A stretch of 64,000 nt of DNA, taken from contig MU053873.1 of the NCBI GenBank assembly GCA_013239625.1, positions 820,524 to 884,523 on the forward strand, given 5' to 3'. Source of the stretch: Lama guanicoe. Lineage: Eukaryota. The position numbers and the translations under genes were made by a program. Position 1 is the stretch's first letter; the number at the start of each line of letters is the position of its first letter. The notes under the pieces are model-generated. The model saw only the letters and a list, made by a program, of their open reading frames with translations. It had not been told where the DNA came from and did not search any database. Positions 48,601 through 63,219 of the stretch are shown here, piece after piece.

Positions 48601-51600
48601 AAGTGCAATCGCTTGTTCATCAGGGGTACTGGTTTCTGTACTAGAATGTCCTACACTTTTCATGCCCAGTCATGATGGGACTTTTTCAATCGATGACAAT
48701 GTGAACACACAGCTCTATAGAACCTAGGAGTGTTTCCGATAAATGACTTTATCATGTTCCCATAAAATGACCCAAAGACTCCAAAGGCTAGATCAAAACG
48801 GTATTATTTATTCTCAGACTCTGTTTTTAAAATAGGTTAAGGTGGTCAAAAAGATTCAAAACTTCCCGTTATGAATCAGTCATGGGGACGTAACATGCAG
48901 TTTGGTGACTATAGTTAACAATACTGTACTGTGTATCTGAAAATTGCAAAGAGAGTAGCTCTTAAAAGTTCTCATCAAAAGGATGTGTGGTGATTCATGT
49001 TAACTAGACTTATTGTGGTGATCATTTCACAATATACACAAATACTGAATCATTACATTATACACCTGAAACTAATGTTATACGTCAATTATATCTCATT
49101 AAAAATGCAATAGCTTAAATATGTAAAGTTCATCTCACAATTTCAAAACTCTGCACTAAAAATAAAAACTGCATTCAGTTCCAGCTTTTCCTATAGTTGC
49201 CAACTAACATCCACAGAAAGTGTAAACATTTTCCATCCTATTTAACAATATGCATTAACTAGATTAGGAAGTACCTCCCATCAAATCCAAGACATTGTCA
49301 TGCAGTGAGATAAATTACAGAAGGATTTCTCCCTACTAATGACTCTGAAAGACTATATATAACTTGGGGACTGAAGGTAGTTTGAAAAATAAGTTTTTAC
49401 ATTTTTAAGATTTTTGTATTAAATATTCTTATAATAATGATAGGAATGGGTGGTGGGGAGAATGTAGGGATCCTGAAATGTTACACAGCACTACACATAA
49501 AAAAGTTATTGTAAAATTTTCACACTCTACTCTCAACCCCAGTATTAGGATACAATTTATTCCAATTCTTAGAATTTTTTTTTTAGCTCCCTGGAATGGT
49601 GTTATATATATTTAAGACACATTATGGATTAAAATAATTAACACTTACACAGAAAATAAAATGTGTCTGGACTGGAAACCAACCAACAGACAAACATAAT
49701 ACATGCAGGGTGGCAATCTGTTCCTCTAAGTAAATCTAATCATGCAATCTACCCCTTAGGGAGTAGAAGGAAATCAGCTGGGGAGTAGTCATCTGAAATA
49801 CCTTTGGGAAGGTGAACAGCTATTATTAAGGCTTGACACAAAATAATGTAAAATAAAACAAAGTAAAACCTTTCCCAAAATCACATAAAGAAAAAGGACA
49901 TGGATCTGCAAATGGCACCTGAAGCAGCTTTCCCTTAGCGCCTTGTGTGTGATGTTAGAAAGTTTGCGGGTTAAACAAATGGAAACACCTAAGGGTTAAC
50001 ATTACAGGGTTAGACAAGATGGAAAGCATTTCCCATGCAAGAATGAGCAGGATAGTCAAACCTGTACTGGTCCCTTCTACTGTGGAAAGCACAAAACAAA
50101 AAGTAGAGGGCACACTATCAGATGAAGCAAACAGATGTGAAAATCAGTTTGATTTTTAAGCAGCTCAGTTTAAGAAGGCTCATTCTTACCCAGTATTAGC
50201 ATTAGTACAATCTTTTACATATGCTCCACTTTGTCCTGAGATTATTCAATACACTGTATAAAACAACTAAAAGGAAAAGTTCTTTTTTCCCTTGGAGTTT
50301 TTATCCCACCCACATTCTATTAAAAGATCCTTCAAGGAGACTATAAGGAAAAGGAAAAAAGCAAAACAAAAAAATCAAGCTCCTACTAAGAACAAAGGAT
50401 TCCCAGATGCCAAGGTATTGACCAGAATAAATACGCAAGAGCACAAGTAACAGGCTTCTTAGCAAACATCCCAGCTAATGTGACCCAATAGTCTCTCCAG
50501 TCTTACCAGTAGGAGGCTGTCCATAAGAAGTTGCATAGGCGGACTGCCCATAGGTCGCAGTGGTCTGAGCCTGGGTATAGCTAACATCAGTGGGCTGTCC
50601 ATAGGTTCCATAACTTTGCTGCCCATATGCCTGCTCAAAGAAAAAGGATTCAAGAACTTCACATATGAACCGTGTATTTTAGCAATAAAATGGACTGACT
50701 GACTTCTAAGTTCCTAAATTGGAAAACCAAAGTCAAAAATATGTTTTCTAACAAAAAGATTAAAAAACCCCAGGTGATTACAGTATCATGCATGCTTGTT
50801 TCCCCTTAACTAATCCACTCGTTTTCATGAACTACAAAAAAGGTCCTGAAATAACTAGGCAAATCTCAGTTTAATGATACAGGAGATACAAGATGCCCTC
50901 AGATGATAAGCAACGACAGGTGTATAATTGCCAGCACTTAAAGTGTAGCACAATTTTAGCAAATGGGAACAAATGCTAGGAAGATTAAATGAACAAAGAG
51001 AAAGAAAATGAAAACAGGGCTAAAATCTGTCAGACAATTCCGAAAGCTGGACTTTCAGATGAGACTAGGATTTAAAACCTATCACACCACTTCAAAGAAA
51101 ATGAACAAGAACAGTGCATGTCTCCTTAAGGTTAGCACATCAAAAATACTATCTTCTGAATGTGGACATCAGTAATACGTCAAATTGGCAAGGAATAAGC
51201 TGTTCTTCCAGATGTTAGCAAGATTAGATTCTAGATCTGAATGACCAATTATGTAAGATCCGCCAGGTATCACATTCTGCCTGGCCCAGAATGTTTCCAT
51301 GGCAGAGCTATCAGTCTCCATTTTATGCCATAAGTCATTTCAGAATTTCAGAATTTGAGGTGATCCTGAGAACACTAGGTGGCTAATTTCTAGTATCTGT
51401 TGGCCTAGGCTTTAAAACACAGACTCATGTACTAGAAAGAGCTCAGAAGCCCTCTAGTCAGGCAGCCATAAGAGGTGACCTATCACTTACTGTGCAACCA
51501 CTGGCAAATGGTGTAGTATCCATATACTGCAATTTTTTCACCTGCAAAATGTCATAGTATCACCTTCCTCTGCAGAACTGCTGTATGATTAAGTTAAATA

Positions 51601-54600
51601 AATTTAAACATAATAAAATAGGCAGAAGGAACAAGCATGGAGCAAGGCACCTAACTTGAGAAACAATACCAGAAAGGAAAGGAGAGCTAGTAACTCCCAG
51701 TTTGAGGACAGTTTCATTTACAATGACATCCCCTTTCAAAGTTTAAATGCCTGTGCATTTTATGATTACAAGCACATTATACTTTCTTATTACCTAGTTT
51801 TTGAAAAAGATCTGTGCTACCTACTGTTTTAATGGCTGACAAAAATATTTTACTTCGGGGTGCAGCCACATATAATTATCCTAAAGATTACCTGGGTGGT
51901 CTGTGCATATCCTTGAGTGGGCTGGGCGGTGTAAGCACTGTAGCTGTAAGAGAAATTAAATGCAAAAACTGAATAGAGAACATCCAGATTCCATTACTAA
52001 ATCCTCTACAACTAGACAAAACTCTGTACTCTATAAAAAAACAACCAATCATATCCAAAGTACTGTTGTAAAAGTCTGACTTACCCCTGCTGGGCTGCAG
52101 CCTGGCTGTAGGTACTATAATCTAGAGAAAACAAGGAGAGAAGAAAATAGGGTGAAGCCAGCATTTACAAGGAAAAAGGAGGGGAGGAATTCAGGTGGCA
52201 GGAAGATGAGTATTTTTAACCTGTATTGAGAGGATCTACAGGACAACACAGGTCCATTCAAATGAGTACCTCTTATCTCTCAACACCAAACCAAAAAATA
52301 AGTCTAGGCTAGTTAACCTCAGAAAATTTGAATATACTGCTAGCTAATGATATCAAGGTCAGCTGATTTGGCAAAGATACTTTGCATGTTCCCATAACCA
52401 CAAACCCCCCTTAACCACAGGCTGTCACTTCAAATACATGATCAACATCCTAAGACTAACAGAACAAGGTAAACCCAAGAAGATCTAAAGTTTTATCTTC
52501 ATATAAAAAGAAGGCATGTAGGTGGGGAGGGTATAGCTCAAGTGGTAGAGTGCATGCTTAGCATGCACCAGGTCCTAGGTTCAATCCCCAGTACCTCTTA
52601 TAAAAATAAATAAATAAACCTAATTACCTCCCCCTGCACCCTCCTCCAAAAGGGCATGTAACAATATTACAATGTTGAACATGAGAATGGTTACATTAGT
52701 AGCTACATCTCCTCAAAAACTTTTTTTTTAAATCACTCCCTCACTTGAACAAGTTAGACCAACCATAACTTCCTCAGGACTGCGAAATACAGGGCAGAAA
52801 ACAAGAGGGCAGTCATCTCAATCCAGTGCCCCAGAGGGTTTGCTGACTGTATCAGGGCTACATGTGTAGAATAACTAAAGAAACTAAAAGCATTATGAGT
52901 CCCAGCAAAGAAGAGTTCAGGCAGAATCATGCTAACTGGCAGAGGTGAAAGCATTTAATCTTTTGGGGAATAATCTGGTTTTAGAAGCATCTTTTAAAAA
53001 CTCAAGTGACTCCAACTAAAAAATAACCCCCCCCCACAATTTTTCTTCCCCATCTCCCCTCTTTCTGAATAAACCATTCTAAAATTTTCCTTTTTGTATG
53101 ACATTTACATGCACAGAAAGGGACTTATAACCCCCTCTAGTCTACGGAGGTGTCTACAAGAAGTAAAAACAGTAAGTTTTCATGGCACTACTAGATTAAC
53201 ATATATATTTTAAAGAAGTCAAAGTAATTATTTTTTAAAAACCCTGCCTAATTCTTTGCTCTCCACAAGAATTACACATCCTATTCTATGTTAGAAGACA
53301 ATACTGCCATTGAGGCTGACCAGGTCTTTCCAATCACAAAGCAGTCTCTCATCTGCAAGAACATCTGATAGCTCTTCACAGAGGGGTTTCAATCCCTACT
53401 CTATCCAAAGTCTGCCTCACAGGTCACCTGGCCTGGCCGGAGGGCATTTTGCTGAACCCATCACTTTAAGGTGGCTTTCACCTCTCCACACTTCACTCGA
53501 CCACTTTCCTTCCTCTGTATACCCTTAACTCAGAACCCTGAATCACCAATATTATCAAATCAACTGCCAAAGGTTATCCATAATGAACAAACTGATTTGT
53601 TCAACATAATCTTAGCTCTCTATGTGACAAAAAGTAAATGCAAATCACTTCTTCTCCGTGGTAGTCACAAAATAAACACACCAGTGAAGTATCAAAAATC
53701 AAGTATTCCAAATCGCTGACATGTTAAGTTCAAATGTTTGCAAGAGGATGTTGCTTTTTCACACAAGTGCAGTTATGTAAAATGTAAAACTGGCAAAGAT
53801 GATACGGAACAACGATCTCAGATCAGTGGGAAACCAGTTGATTTAGCCCCATACTGGTGGGCTAAAGGAGGTAGCAAAAGAGTTTCATGAGAACTTATGT
53901 TATCTATCTACAGCATACAAATATTACATGGCTTCAAAAATCTACAGCTATACATTGGTCAGATTATTTAGTAGTTACGCTGTTCTTTAATTTCTAAACG
54001 TGCAGCTGAAGACTACCCTAAAAAATCAGGTCAGGTTGAGGAGAGAGGGGGCTGTGATCTAGGGGGGCCTCCAGAGTGCTCACAATGTTCTATTTCTTGG
54101 TCTGACCAGTGGTTACTTGGGAGTCTGTTGTAATTTTTTGTTCAAGTGGCCAGAAACTTAAAGTACTTTTCTACATATGCTATACATGAGGAAGAAAGCC
54201 ATCTAGCATTATCCAAGGTGGTGGCTTTTAAAAGATACTTTAGGGCAGTCACAGTCCCAACTGTAGAGATTTAGAGCTCCAGACTACATCATGAGTTAGT
54301 CACTATGGGACAACTTCGTGGGAGCCAAAACGCTTTTCTGTAAGGTCAGAATCTAAGGGCTCAAAAAGCTCTTAAAAGGTCTAGCCTAACTCCTTCATTC
54401 TGAATGAAAGGAAACCAAAGTCCAGGTAAGTTACATGACTCCCCAAAGGTCCCCCAGCCAGGCCTAACTACTGTGTGCCTGCATAAACCACAACTGTAAT
54501 TCTAATATAGTATGTAGGTGGTTACCAGTAAACAGTCTGAGCAAAATAGATAAAAAAAAATTGGACTGTCCAGCCATACACAAATGTGAACACGTATTTA

Positions 54601-56169
54601 CTCCCCAAACTTTAACAGGAAGGGAGAAAAGCACTCCCGCCTTACAGAATTCAAACATGGCAGGGAAGAGATAGGTGGAAAAGGAAGGTGCAAAGAGCTC
54701 TAAGGAAACCACTTCCCACCAAGACACAGTCTTGGATCGTGGTACTCATCTAGGGGAACCCTTTCCCTAGCACTAATAGCCAGTATCTACCTGCCTGCTT
54801 CCTGACCACACAGTTGGGGAGAGTTCTTAAAACTGTCCTTCTGCTGGATTCTGGACCCGTTTCAAATGAAAACTGAAGGACCCAGAGCTTTCCCCGTCTT
54901 CCCTCTGGTCTTCTCCAACTGCTTCTAATGCCTGTAGTCTGGCTGCCTAAGAATACCCCCAGAAGCAAAAATGCCCCACCCTACCAATAACCGCAGGTTA
55001 GTGCAGGAACAGGCTGCAAACCGCAGGTCGTGTTTAGGCTACACTCTTAAAACACTCCGAGCAGCAAGGACCACCCCACACATCATATTCGAGTTCCCAC
55101 ACCCGGCTTTCTTTCAAAGTCCAGTACGCGGCTCCTTCCCCCCTCTTCTACCAGTCCACGAAATAAACAAGCCTCTCGGCTTAACCTAGGCGAATGAATA
55201 AACGTGCGAGACGATTACTTAAGCAAATTCATATGCCGATTGGGGCCTTTTGTTTCTCCTAAGTCAAAGAGGCCAAACATTTCTTTCGGTGGGGATTTCT
55301 GGCCTCACAATGCGGGCTGGCCTTATTATACAAGAGATCTCCCTCGGCGTTTACTGAAAAATGGCCCTGGGAAGCCACTTAATTGCTTTTTGGGTAAGGA
55401 AGGACAATTAATAATGGTAAAAATGAAGCCAGAAGAGTCAGCCGATTGGGTGGCTGTAAATGGGAGGAGGGGGGCACTCCGTCGAAAGCCCAATCGGGCA
55501 GAAGTTCGGCCTGGAGCTGGAACCCGCCGAGGGGGGTAACTCGGCGACCGGTCGCCCCAACCGACCCGGCATTAAGGATGACAGGGCTCCCGCTCATAGG
55601 TCGGCGCCCCTCGGCTCACAAATCCGAAAAGCCTTTTTTTGTTTATTTGCTTGTACCCCCAGGCTTGGGCTGACTCCTTGGAAATGGAAGTTTAGGTGGG
55701 GAGAGTCACATGGGCACTGGGCCTGCGGTTTTTAGAGCCGCCGCCGGCACCCCCTGCGCCGGTTTCGGGGTGCGGGGCTCGAGGCCTGGCCGAGCCCTCC
55801 CCCCAACCCCCACGCGAGGCCCCTGAGGCCGCAGGCCCCGCCCACGTGGCGGGCGGCCCAGAGCGCTCGGGGCCGGCCGGCCGCCACACAATGGAGGCCA
55901 AGGCAGACCCCGCGCGCCCCCGCCGCCTCAAGCCCCCCGCGCGCTGGGGGCGCCGGAAGGTTCCAGAACCGGCCTGCCCGGTGGGGGGAGGGGAGTGGAG
56001 TGGGACGCCGGCCGTCGAGCTCCTCGGGCCGCGGCGGGTACCGCACACCTTTCTCGGCAAGTCCACTCAGCCATCCCAGCCACCCACAGAGACGAGCAGC
56101 CCCCCACTTGGGAGTCTCGGCAGTCGCCAGCGCGACCGCAGTTCCACCACACTCACCCGTGGACGCCAT
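30660..56169 (-). CDS. EWSR1: RNA-binding protein EWS (FET family), 17 coding exons, 657 aa
   Basis: Exons 56169-56157, 52121-52085, 51943-51892, 50630-50507, 46006-45820, 43820-43653, 42126-41915, 40964-40784, 38004-37967, 37432-37400, 37078-36960, 33772-33643, 32835-32710, 32268-32106, 31687-31590, 31125-30873, 30699-30660 total 1974 nt. SYGQ-rich low-complexity domain, RGG boxes, RRM (AIYVQGL...KGDATVSY), RanBP2 zinc finger ([24 protein letters not shown]), PY-NLS RRDRPY. Confidence 0.98.
31281..31452. mobile_element. Short Tigger-type (TcMar) non-autonomous DNA transposon remnant in EWSR1 intron 15
   Basis: TA|CAGCTGGCTCTCAAACAACACAGGTTTAAATGCGAGTCCACTTA resembles recalled Tigger/MER8-type ends. 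Degenerate. Confidence 0.45.
34500..36720 (+). mobile_element. Degraded old LINE-1 (L1M-type) in EWSR1 intron 11
   Basis: Long A-rich tract with L1 ORF2/3'UTR-like wording and no intact ORF. Boundaries approximate. Confidence 0.5.
35648..36165. mobile_element. Tigger-family (MER47/Tigger5-like) DNA transposon nested in the L1
   Basis: Flanked by TA on both sides, with degenerate inverted ends (CAATCAGGTCTCATTATTC versus the reverse complement CGGTTGATTCTTGTTCGTC) and an internal TTCCCAGCTGAGG...AACAAGG motif. Family assignment is from memory. Confidence 0.55.
39059..39149 (-). CDS. EWSR1: EWSR1 alternative terminal exon in intron 8 (short 354-aa isoform)
   Basis: Acceptor TACAG| at 39150. 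Joined to exon 8 it reads [30 protein letters not shown]; exons 1-8 plus 91 nt give 354 aa. Minus-strand ATTAAA lies downstream at 38899-38904. Confidence 0.8.
40598..40620. repeat. (TA)n microsatellite
   Basis: About 11 AT units in EWSR1 intron 8. Confidence 0.9.
46226..46362 (-). mobile_element. LINE-1 3' end fragment
   Basis: TTTTTAATTGAAGTATAGTCAGTTACAAT...TTCATATTCTTTTTCATTACAGGTTACTATAAGATACTGAATACAGTTCCC, a typical antisense L1 3' end. Confidence 0.7.
48845..49105 (+). mobile_element. LINE-1 3' end fragment (L1MA-like)
   Basis: GGTGACTATAGTTAACAATACTGTA...TTGTGGTGATCATTTCACAATATACACAAAT...TACACCTGAAACTAAT...TCAATTATATCTCA, a typical L1 3'UTR. Confidence 0.75.
50062..50079 (-). CDS. 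EWSR1: 18-nt alternative microexon of EWSR1 between exons 4 and 5 (VEGTST)
   Basis: TTTTGTGCTTTCCACAG|TAGAAGGGACCAGTACAG|GTTTGA, phase 1-1. Matches the recalled brain-enriched EWS insert. Confidence 0.85.
52523..52652 (+). mobile_element. tRNA-derived SINE (camelid Vic-1-like) in EWSR1 intron 1
   Basis: GGGGAGGGTATAGCTCAAGTGGTAGAG...GGTTCAATCCCCAGTACCTC followed by (AAAT)n. TSD core GGCATGTA at 52513-52520 and 52653-52660. Confidence 0.85.
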
Positions 56170-56880
56170 TTTCTCTCCTTCCTTCTCGTTCTCTCAACGT
56201 CCGTCTCCCTCTCGCTTTCCCTCTAGGCGCCGCACTGCGCAGGCGCAAAATCCGCAACCTCGGGCGCTACCATCGGGCCAGGCTACAGGGGTGGGAGAAG
56301 GAGGGATGAATCACAGGTTTCTCGTCCTTCCCGCCCTGAAGTCTAGTCCTAATCCTCTCTAAAGAGCACCGGATGTGACGCGGAGCCAAAGTAGCACCGC
56401 AGGGGCGGGAGCGGCCGGTGAGCGGATCTCGGTATCAAGTCGGCGTGATTCTCCAGTCGACGCTAGGTTTTTCGGAATGGTTACGCCCGCTAGCTGTAGG
56501 GACCGTCTCTGAAGAGTCTGCCTTGGAGGGAAACGGAGGCCGGCGGGAGGGCTGGGGGAAGGGACCCGGGCCTAGAACAACTGCTGACTAATCGGCGGGC
56601 GGCGAAGGAGGGGGTGGCGCGACGACCGGTTGGCCGGGGTCACGCGCCCGAGTGCGAGCAGAATGGGCTCGGGGTGCTCGGGCCCCGGCGGGAAGCTAGA
56701 GTAGCGACTCCCAGCCGGGGCCCCCACCCGGCCTTCTAGGGGCTGAGGGCGCGCTCCGCAGTGAGTACCCCAGACACGTGGCCCGGGCCGGCAGGGGAGG
56801 GGGCCGAGGCTGGTGGGCTGGATGGGAGGCCCCGAACGTAGCGCCCGGCCCGAGAGTCCCGCAGTAACGGTCGAGGTTGA
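55450..56880. promoter_or_regulatory. CpG island / bidirectional promoter of EWSR1 and RHBDD3
   Basis: High CpG density. NRF1-type TGCGCAGGCGCA 56236-56247, ETS-CRE-like CCGGATGTGACG 56369-56380, YY1-type AAAATGGCG over the EWSR1 ATG, and a plus-strand donor GTGAGC at 56418 (likely RHBDD3 exon 1). Confidence 0.85.
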
Positions 56881-58675
56881 GAAGGCCCTTTAATCATCCC
56901 CCAATGCAACAGCCTTATTTTTACAGATGGGGAAACTGAGGCCCAAGGAATTTGGGTACTTTTCCTAAAGTCACAAAGCTGAGTCCCACCCACACCCTGG
57001 CACCCCCACTGTCTCCATCACCCAGAAGAATCTTTCCCGGCCTTGTTTTTCCATTCTATCCTCCCTGCTTCCTGATGAGGTAGGCAAAGCCTGATAGTGC
57101 ACAGTCCCATTTTATAGATGAAGAAACTGAGGCCTGGAGCATTCAAATTCCGGTTCTGTTTGTCCATGGGCATGTCCTTCACTCTTGCTAAAGTACCCAG
57201 GGGGGATGGTTGTGAGGATGCAGGAGGCGGCTTGCAGTTGGTGCCTTGGCTCCCTGGAGGGCTGGCACCTGCCTGACTTCTTGGACTCAACCAAGTCTCC
57301 CTAGGCAGATGCCCAGAACCAGCGAAGGGCAAGGCTCACCCAGATCCTTCAGCGGGACCTGAAACCAAGCTAGTGTCTTTCAGTGAACACATATAAAGCA
57401 CTAGCTATGTGCTAGGAGCGCTCTGCGGAACTTGGCCATGAGTAAGAGGAGAACCTCTCCTCCCGCCAGTTGAGACCATCTGCCTAGAGAAAAGCAGACC
57501 AAGCGGTGCTCATTAGATAAAGTAAGATCCATGATGCGGGGGGGGGGGCAGAGGAGGGGAAGGGGACATTTGAGCTGGGCTTCAAAGGGTGAATAGGAGT
57601 TTGTTATTAAAGAGAAGAAGGGAAAGATATTGCAGGCAGGAGTTTTCTATATTTTTCCTGCAGGAAACTGGCGGTTGGGTTTTCATACCAAGGCTGCCCT
57701 TGATAAGGGAGCAGATGAGGCAGACTTCTTGTCTTTGGGATTTTGCTTCTTGCTCTATGAAATCAGTTCAGTGGGAGTCCTGAGAGAGGGTGGAGTACAG
57801 GAGGGAGGGGATTCCAGCATGGCCTGGAGGACAGGTTGAATGTGAGGAGAACAGAGAAAAGAAAGCCTTTCCTTATGGGCAGGGAATTGGCACGTTTGAG
57901 AGCCAGAGCTTGAACCAGCTAGGCTGGAGCGGCTCCTTCCATGTTGAGGCCTCCCCTTGTTTGGGACAGCCGGGACAGCTGCAGTTTATCCAGCAGGAGC
58001 TGTGGGCTGGCCTGAGTCCATTCCTTTTTCTTATCCTACGAAGAATGGATTTTCTTAATCCCTAGTTTACAGATGAGGAACAAGAGGCTCCAAACTTGCC
58101 CAGGTATACCTGGCAGGAGGAAGCAGATACTAGAACCTTTCTGTGAGAAGGTGGGCCAGAGGGGCTGTGTTCAGGGCTCCAAGTCTCAGTCCAGTGTCAC
58201 TGTGTGCGCTGAGGGCGTGGACTCCTGCTGCCCCTCCTCCAGCCCTTCTGCTCCACCCCCTCCCTAATCTGCCTGCCCTTTGGCTGGCCTCGCCCCCTCG
58301 GTCAAGGGCAGCTGAGGCCGCCTGGAGCTCTAAGTCTGGGCTCAGTGGAGTGGAGGAGGACAGAAGGTGGCTGGTCTGCAGCTGGAGGTAAGAGGGAGGC
58401 ACAGGAAACCTGGAGATGGCCCTAAATTTGCCCTGGTGGGCTGCACCCCTCTTTTTGGGACTCCAGGGCCCTAGTTCAGCTTTCTATTCCCGGTGCTTCC
58501 CACTCCAGGCTCTTTTTCAGGGACCCTCAGGGCTCAGGGACTTTTGGCCTGGCCCCTTCCCAACCTCACACATAGGCAGTGGATAGTAAGATGGCTAAGC
58601 CATGGCTAGGCTCTGAGCTCCTCTGTGGCCAAATTGCTGGACCGGCCTCTCCAGCCTCCGTTTCTACTTCTGTAA

Positions 58676-61248
<2,573 letters not shown>

Positions 61249-61360
61249 CACAGGCAGGCCCTCAGGTGAGAAGAGGCCTGGCCTGTGGGCGGGAAGTCTG
61301 CTGAGAGTCACGGTGGGGTTCAGGAGCCGCCCCTCTGCACCCTACCCTGGTCCTGTTTGG

Positions 61361-61366
61361 AATAAA
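61361..61366 (+). terminator. RHBDD3 polyadenylation signal
   Basis: AATAAA 113 nt after the stop codon. Confidence 0.8.
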
Positions 61367-62463
61367 AACCAGTTCACCTTTCAACCTGGACCTCCTTGGG
61401 TGCAGCAGTTGTGTCTGAGTCTTCTGTGTTGGCATCAGGGGGATGAATGGGTGAGTGAATGAGCAGTGAAAGAGCAGTGATTGCGCAGAGCAGCTCCCTG
61501 ATGTCCAGAGACGCAGTGTTATTTACTGTGCAGCCTCTTCCTGTGGGAAGCTATGTCCTCCATCTCAGGGCCTTGTTGGGCTGGACCCTTGGCCAAAGAG
61601 CATTCTTCATTGCTGTGTCCCAGCTAATTTTGACCCATCCCCAGGTCTTGGCCTACACAGAGACCTTCCTCCAGGAAGCCTTCCCTGATTCCCCAGGAAT
61701 AGCATCTCTTCACTGCCCACAGCCCCTGGTGCCAGTTCAGTTGGTCTCCTCAGGCCTGGCCCAGGGCTGGCTCTGAGGTTCGAGGTGGCGCACTGCTGGG
61801 CCCCTTGGGCAGGAAGCAATGTAGGGGAAAGGATTCCTCAGCTTTTAAGAAGTAGCCTCTCTCTCATGGCCCGTCTCAGTCCTTGTCCCCTCCTAGGGAG
61901 GGGAGGTGCAGCAGAGCCCAGAGGACAGAGGGTGGGGCCTGGGTGTGAGGTGCTGATGGGCTTGAGGGAGGGGTAGGGCAGAGGGCTGGACTTTGAGGAG
62001 TGGTGCAGGGAGCTGCAGGTCCTGGAGCAACCTGGGTACTGGTCACCTGTGAGGGCTGTACCCCAGGCCACAGCCAGAGTGGAGGGGCTGTGGAGACCGA
62101 CCCTGCTATTCTGGCCCAGATGCCAGAAGCAGACTGGGAAACCTGAGGACCAGGCCAACAGACTCATTTCACAGGTGAGGAAACAGGCTTGGGGGTGGTG
62201 GCGGTGGGAGGGTGGCACCCCAGGGTCTGGTGGCTCCTTGCTCTCCTGGCCTCTCTGACGCTGTAGCCATGACTGGACACCTGGGGGCTGCTCACCGACC
62301 CTCACTCCCCAGCTGGCCCCTAGGAGCCCCGGCCTCAAAGCCCTGTTCTGCAGGTGGGTAGCGAAGGCCACTGAGAAGAGGGGAGAGGCTCCTGGCCCTG
62401 CCCAGCTGCCCCTATCTAAGCACACAGAGACCAGGCTGGGGGTAGGGAATCGGGCTGGGGGCC

Positions 62464-62469
62464 TTTATT
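62464..62469 (-). terminator. EMID1 polyadenylation signal
   Basis: TTTATT on + reads AATAAA on -, about 625 nt after the EMID1 stop. Confidence 0.7.
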
Positions 62470-63094
62470 GGCTGATATACATCTACCTCCTGGTGTCTGT
62501 CACAAGCATTTGTGGGAGCAGGTGGCCCTCCCCTCTCCATACACTCACTACCCGGCCATGGGAGGGGCTGAGGGTTCAGGGGTCAAAACTGAGACTAGGA
62601 GGTCTCAGTCAGATCAGGTAGCTTGACCTCAGAGAAAACAGCACCGGAAAACAAAGGGAGGAGAGGTACAGGCTCGCCCCCAGGCCTGGCTGGGGAGGAG
62701 GGGTGGCGACACTGCGCTCCATCACCCCTGCCTGTGCCTGAGGGAGTTCCGACTCCCTCAGCTGCTTGGGGCCTGGAAGGCCAGGCAGTAGATGAGACAG
62801 GAGCTGCCGGCTGCCACGCCCTCCCCGCAGGCCGGCCCTGCCCCTTCACAGAGGGAAATGGGCCCAGGGCCCTGAGCCTCGCCTCCCTCTCAGGCCCCAG
62901 TCCCGGCCCAGCCCCATGGGGCAGACGTGCACGGGGTGCCAGAACCAAGACCTGCCTACCCCAAAGGCCTAGGTGGCAGAAGGGACCCTGAGGATATTAA
63001 TAAATATGGACGCACGGACCCTGGAGGCAGCGGGCCACATCCAGGCTGGGCAGGGAAGCCTGGTCCGGCCATACTGGAGGGGCCGCCACCACCC

Positions 63095-63219
63095 TCAGTC
63101 TCTCTCGTTTCGGCTCCTGGGGGCCACGATCCGGTAGTTGGCTGCGTATCCTCCCCTCTTGCCCCGCAGGAGGCTGGGGGTGCCTGTGCCGGCAGGGCCT
63201 GCCCCCGACCCCTCTGGTT
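63095..63219 (-). CDS. EMID1: EMI domain-containing protein 1, last coding exon (rest of gene beyond the window)
   Basis: CCTTCCCTCCGGCAG| acceptor, then (E)PEGSGAGPAGTGTPSLLRGKRGGYAANYRIVAPRSRNERD*. Matches the recalled EMID1 C-terminus and synteny; not present in the supplied ORF track. Confidence 0.88.

Noticed and set aside
52523..52600. tRNA-like sequence (also at 13602 and 10950-11024)
   Set aside because: Followed by A-rich tails, flanked by TSDs, and with imperfect stems: these are SINE heads, not tRNA genes.
55732..56169. 145-aa ORF from the EWSR1 ATG
   Set aside because: Read-through into GC-rich intron 1 past the strong donor at 56156.
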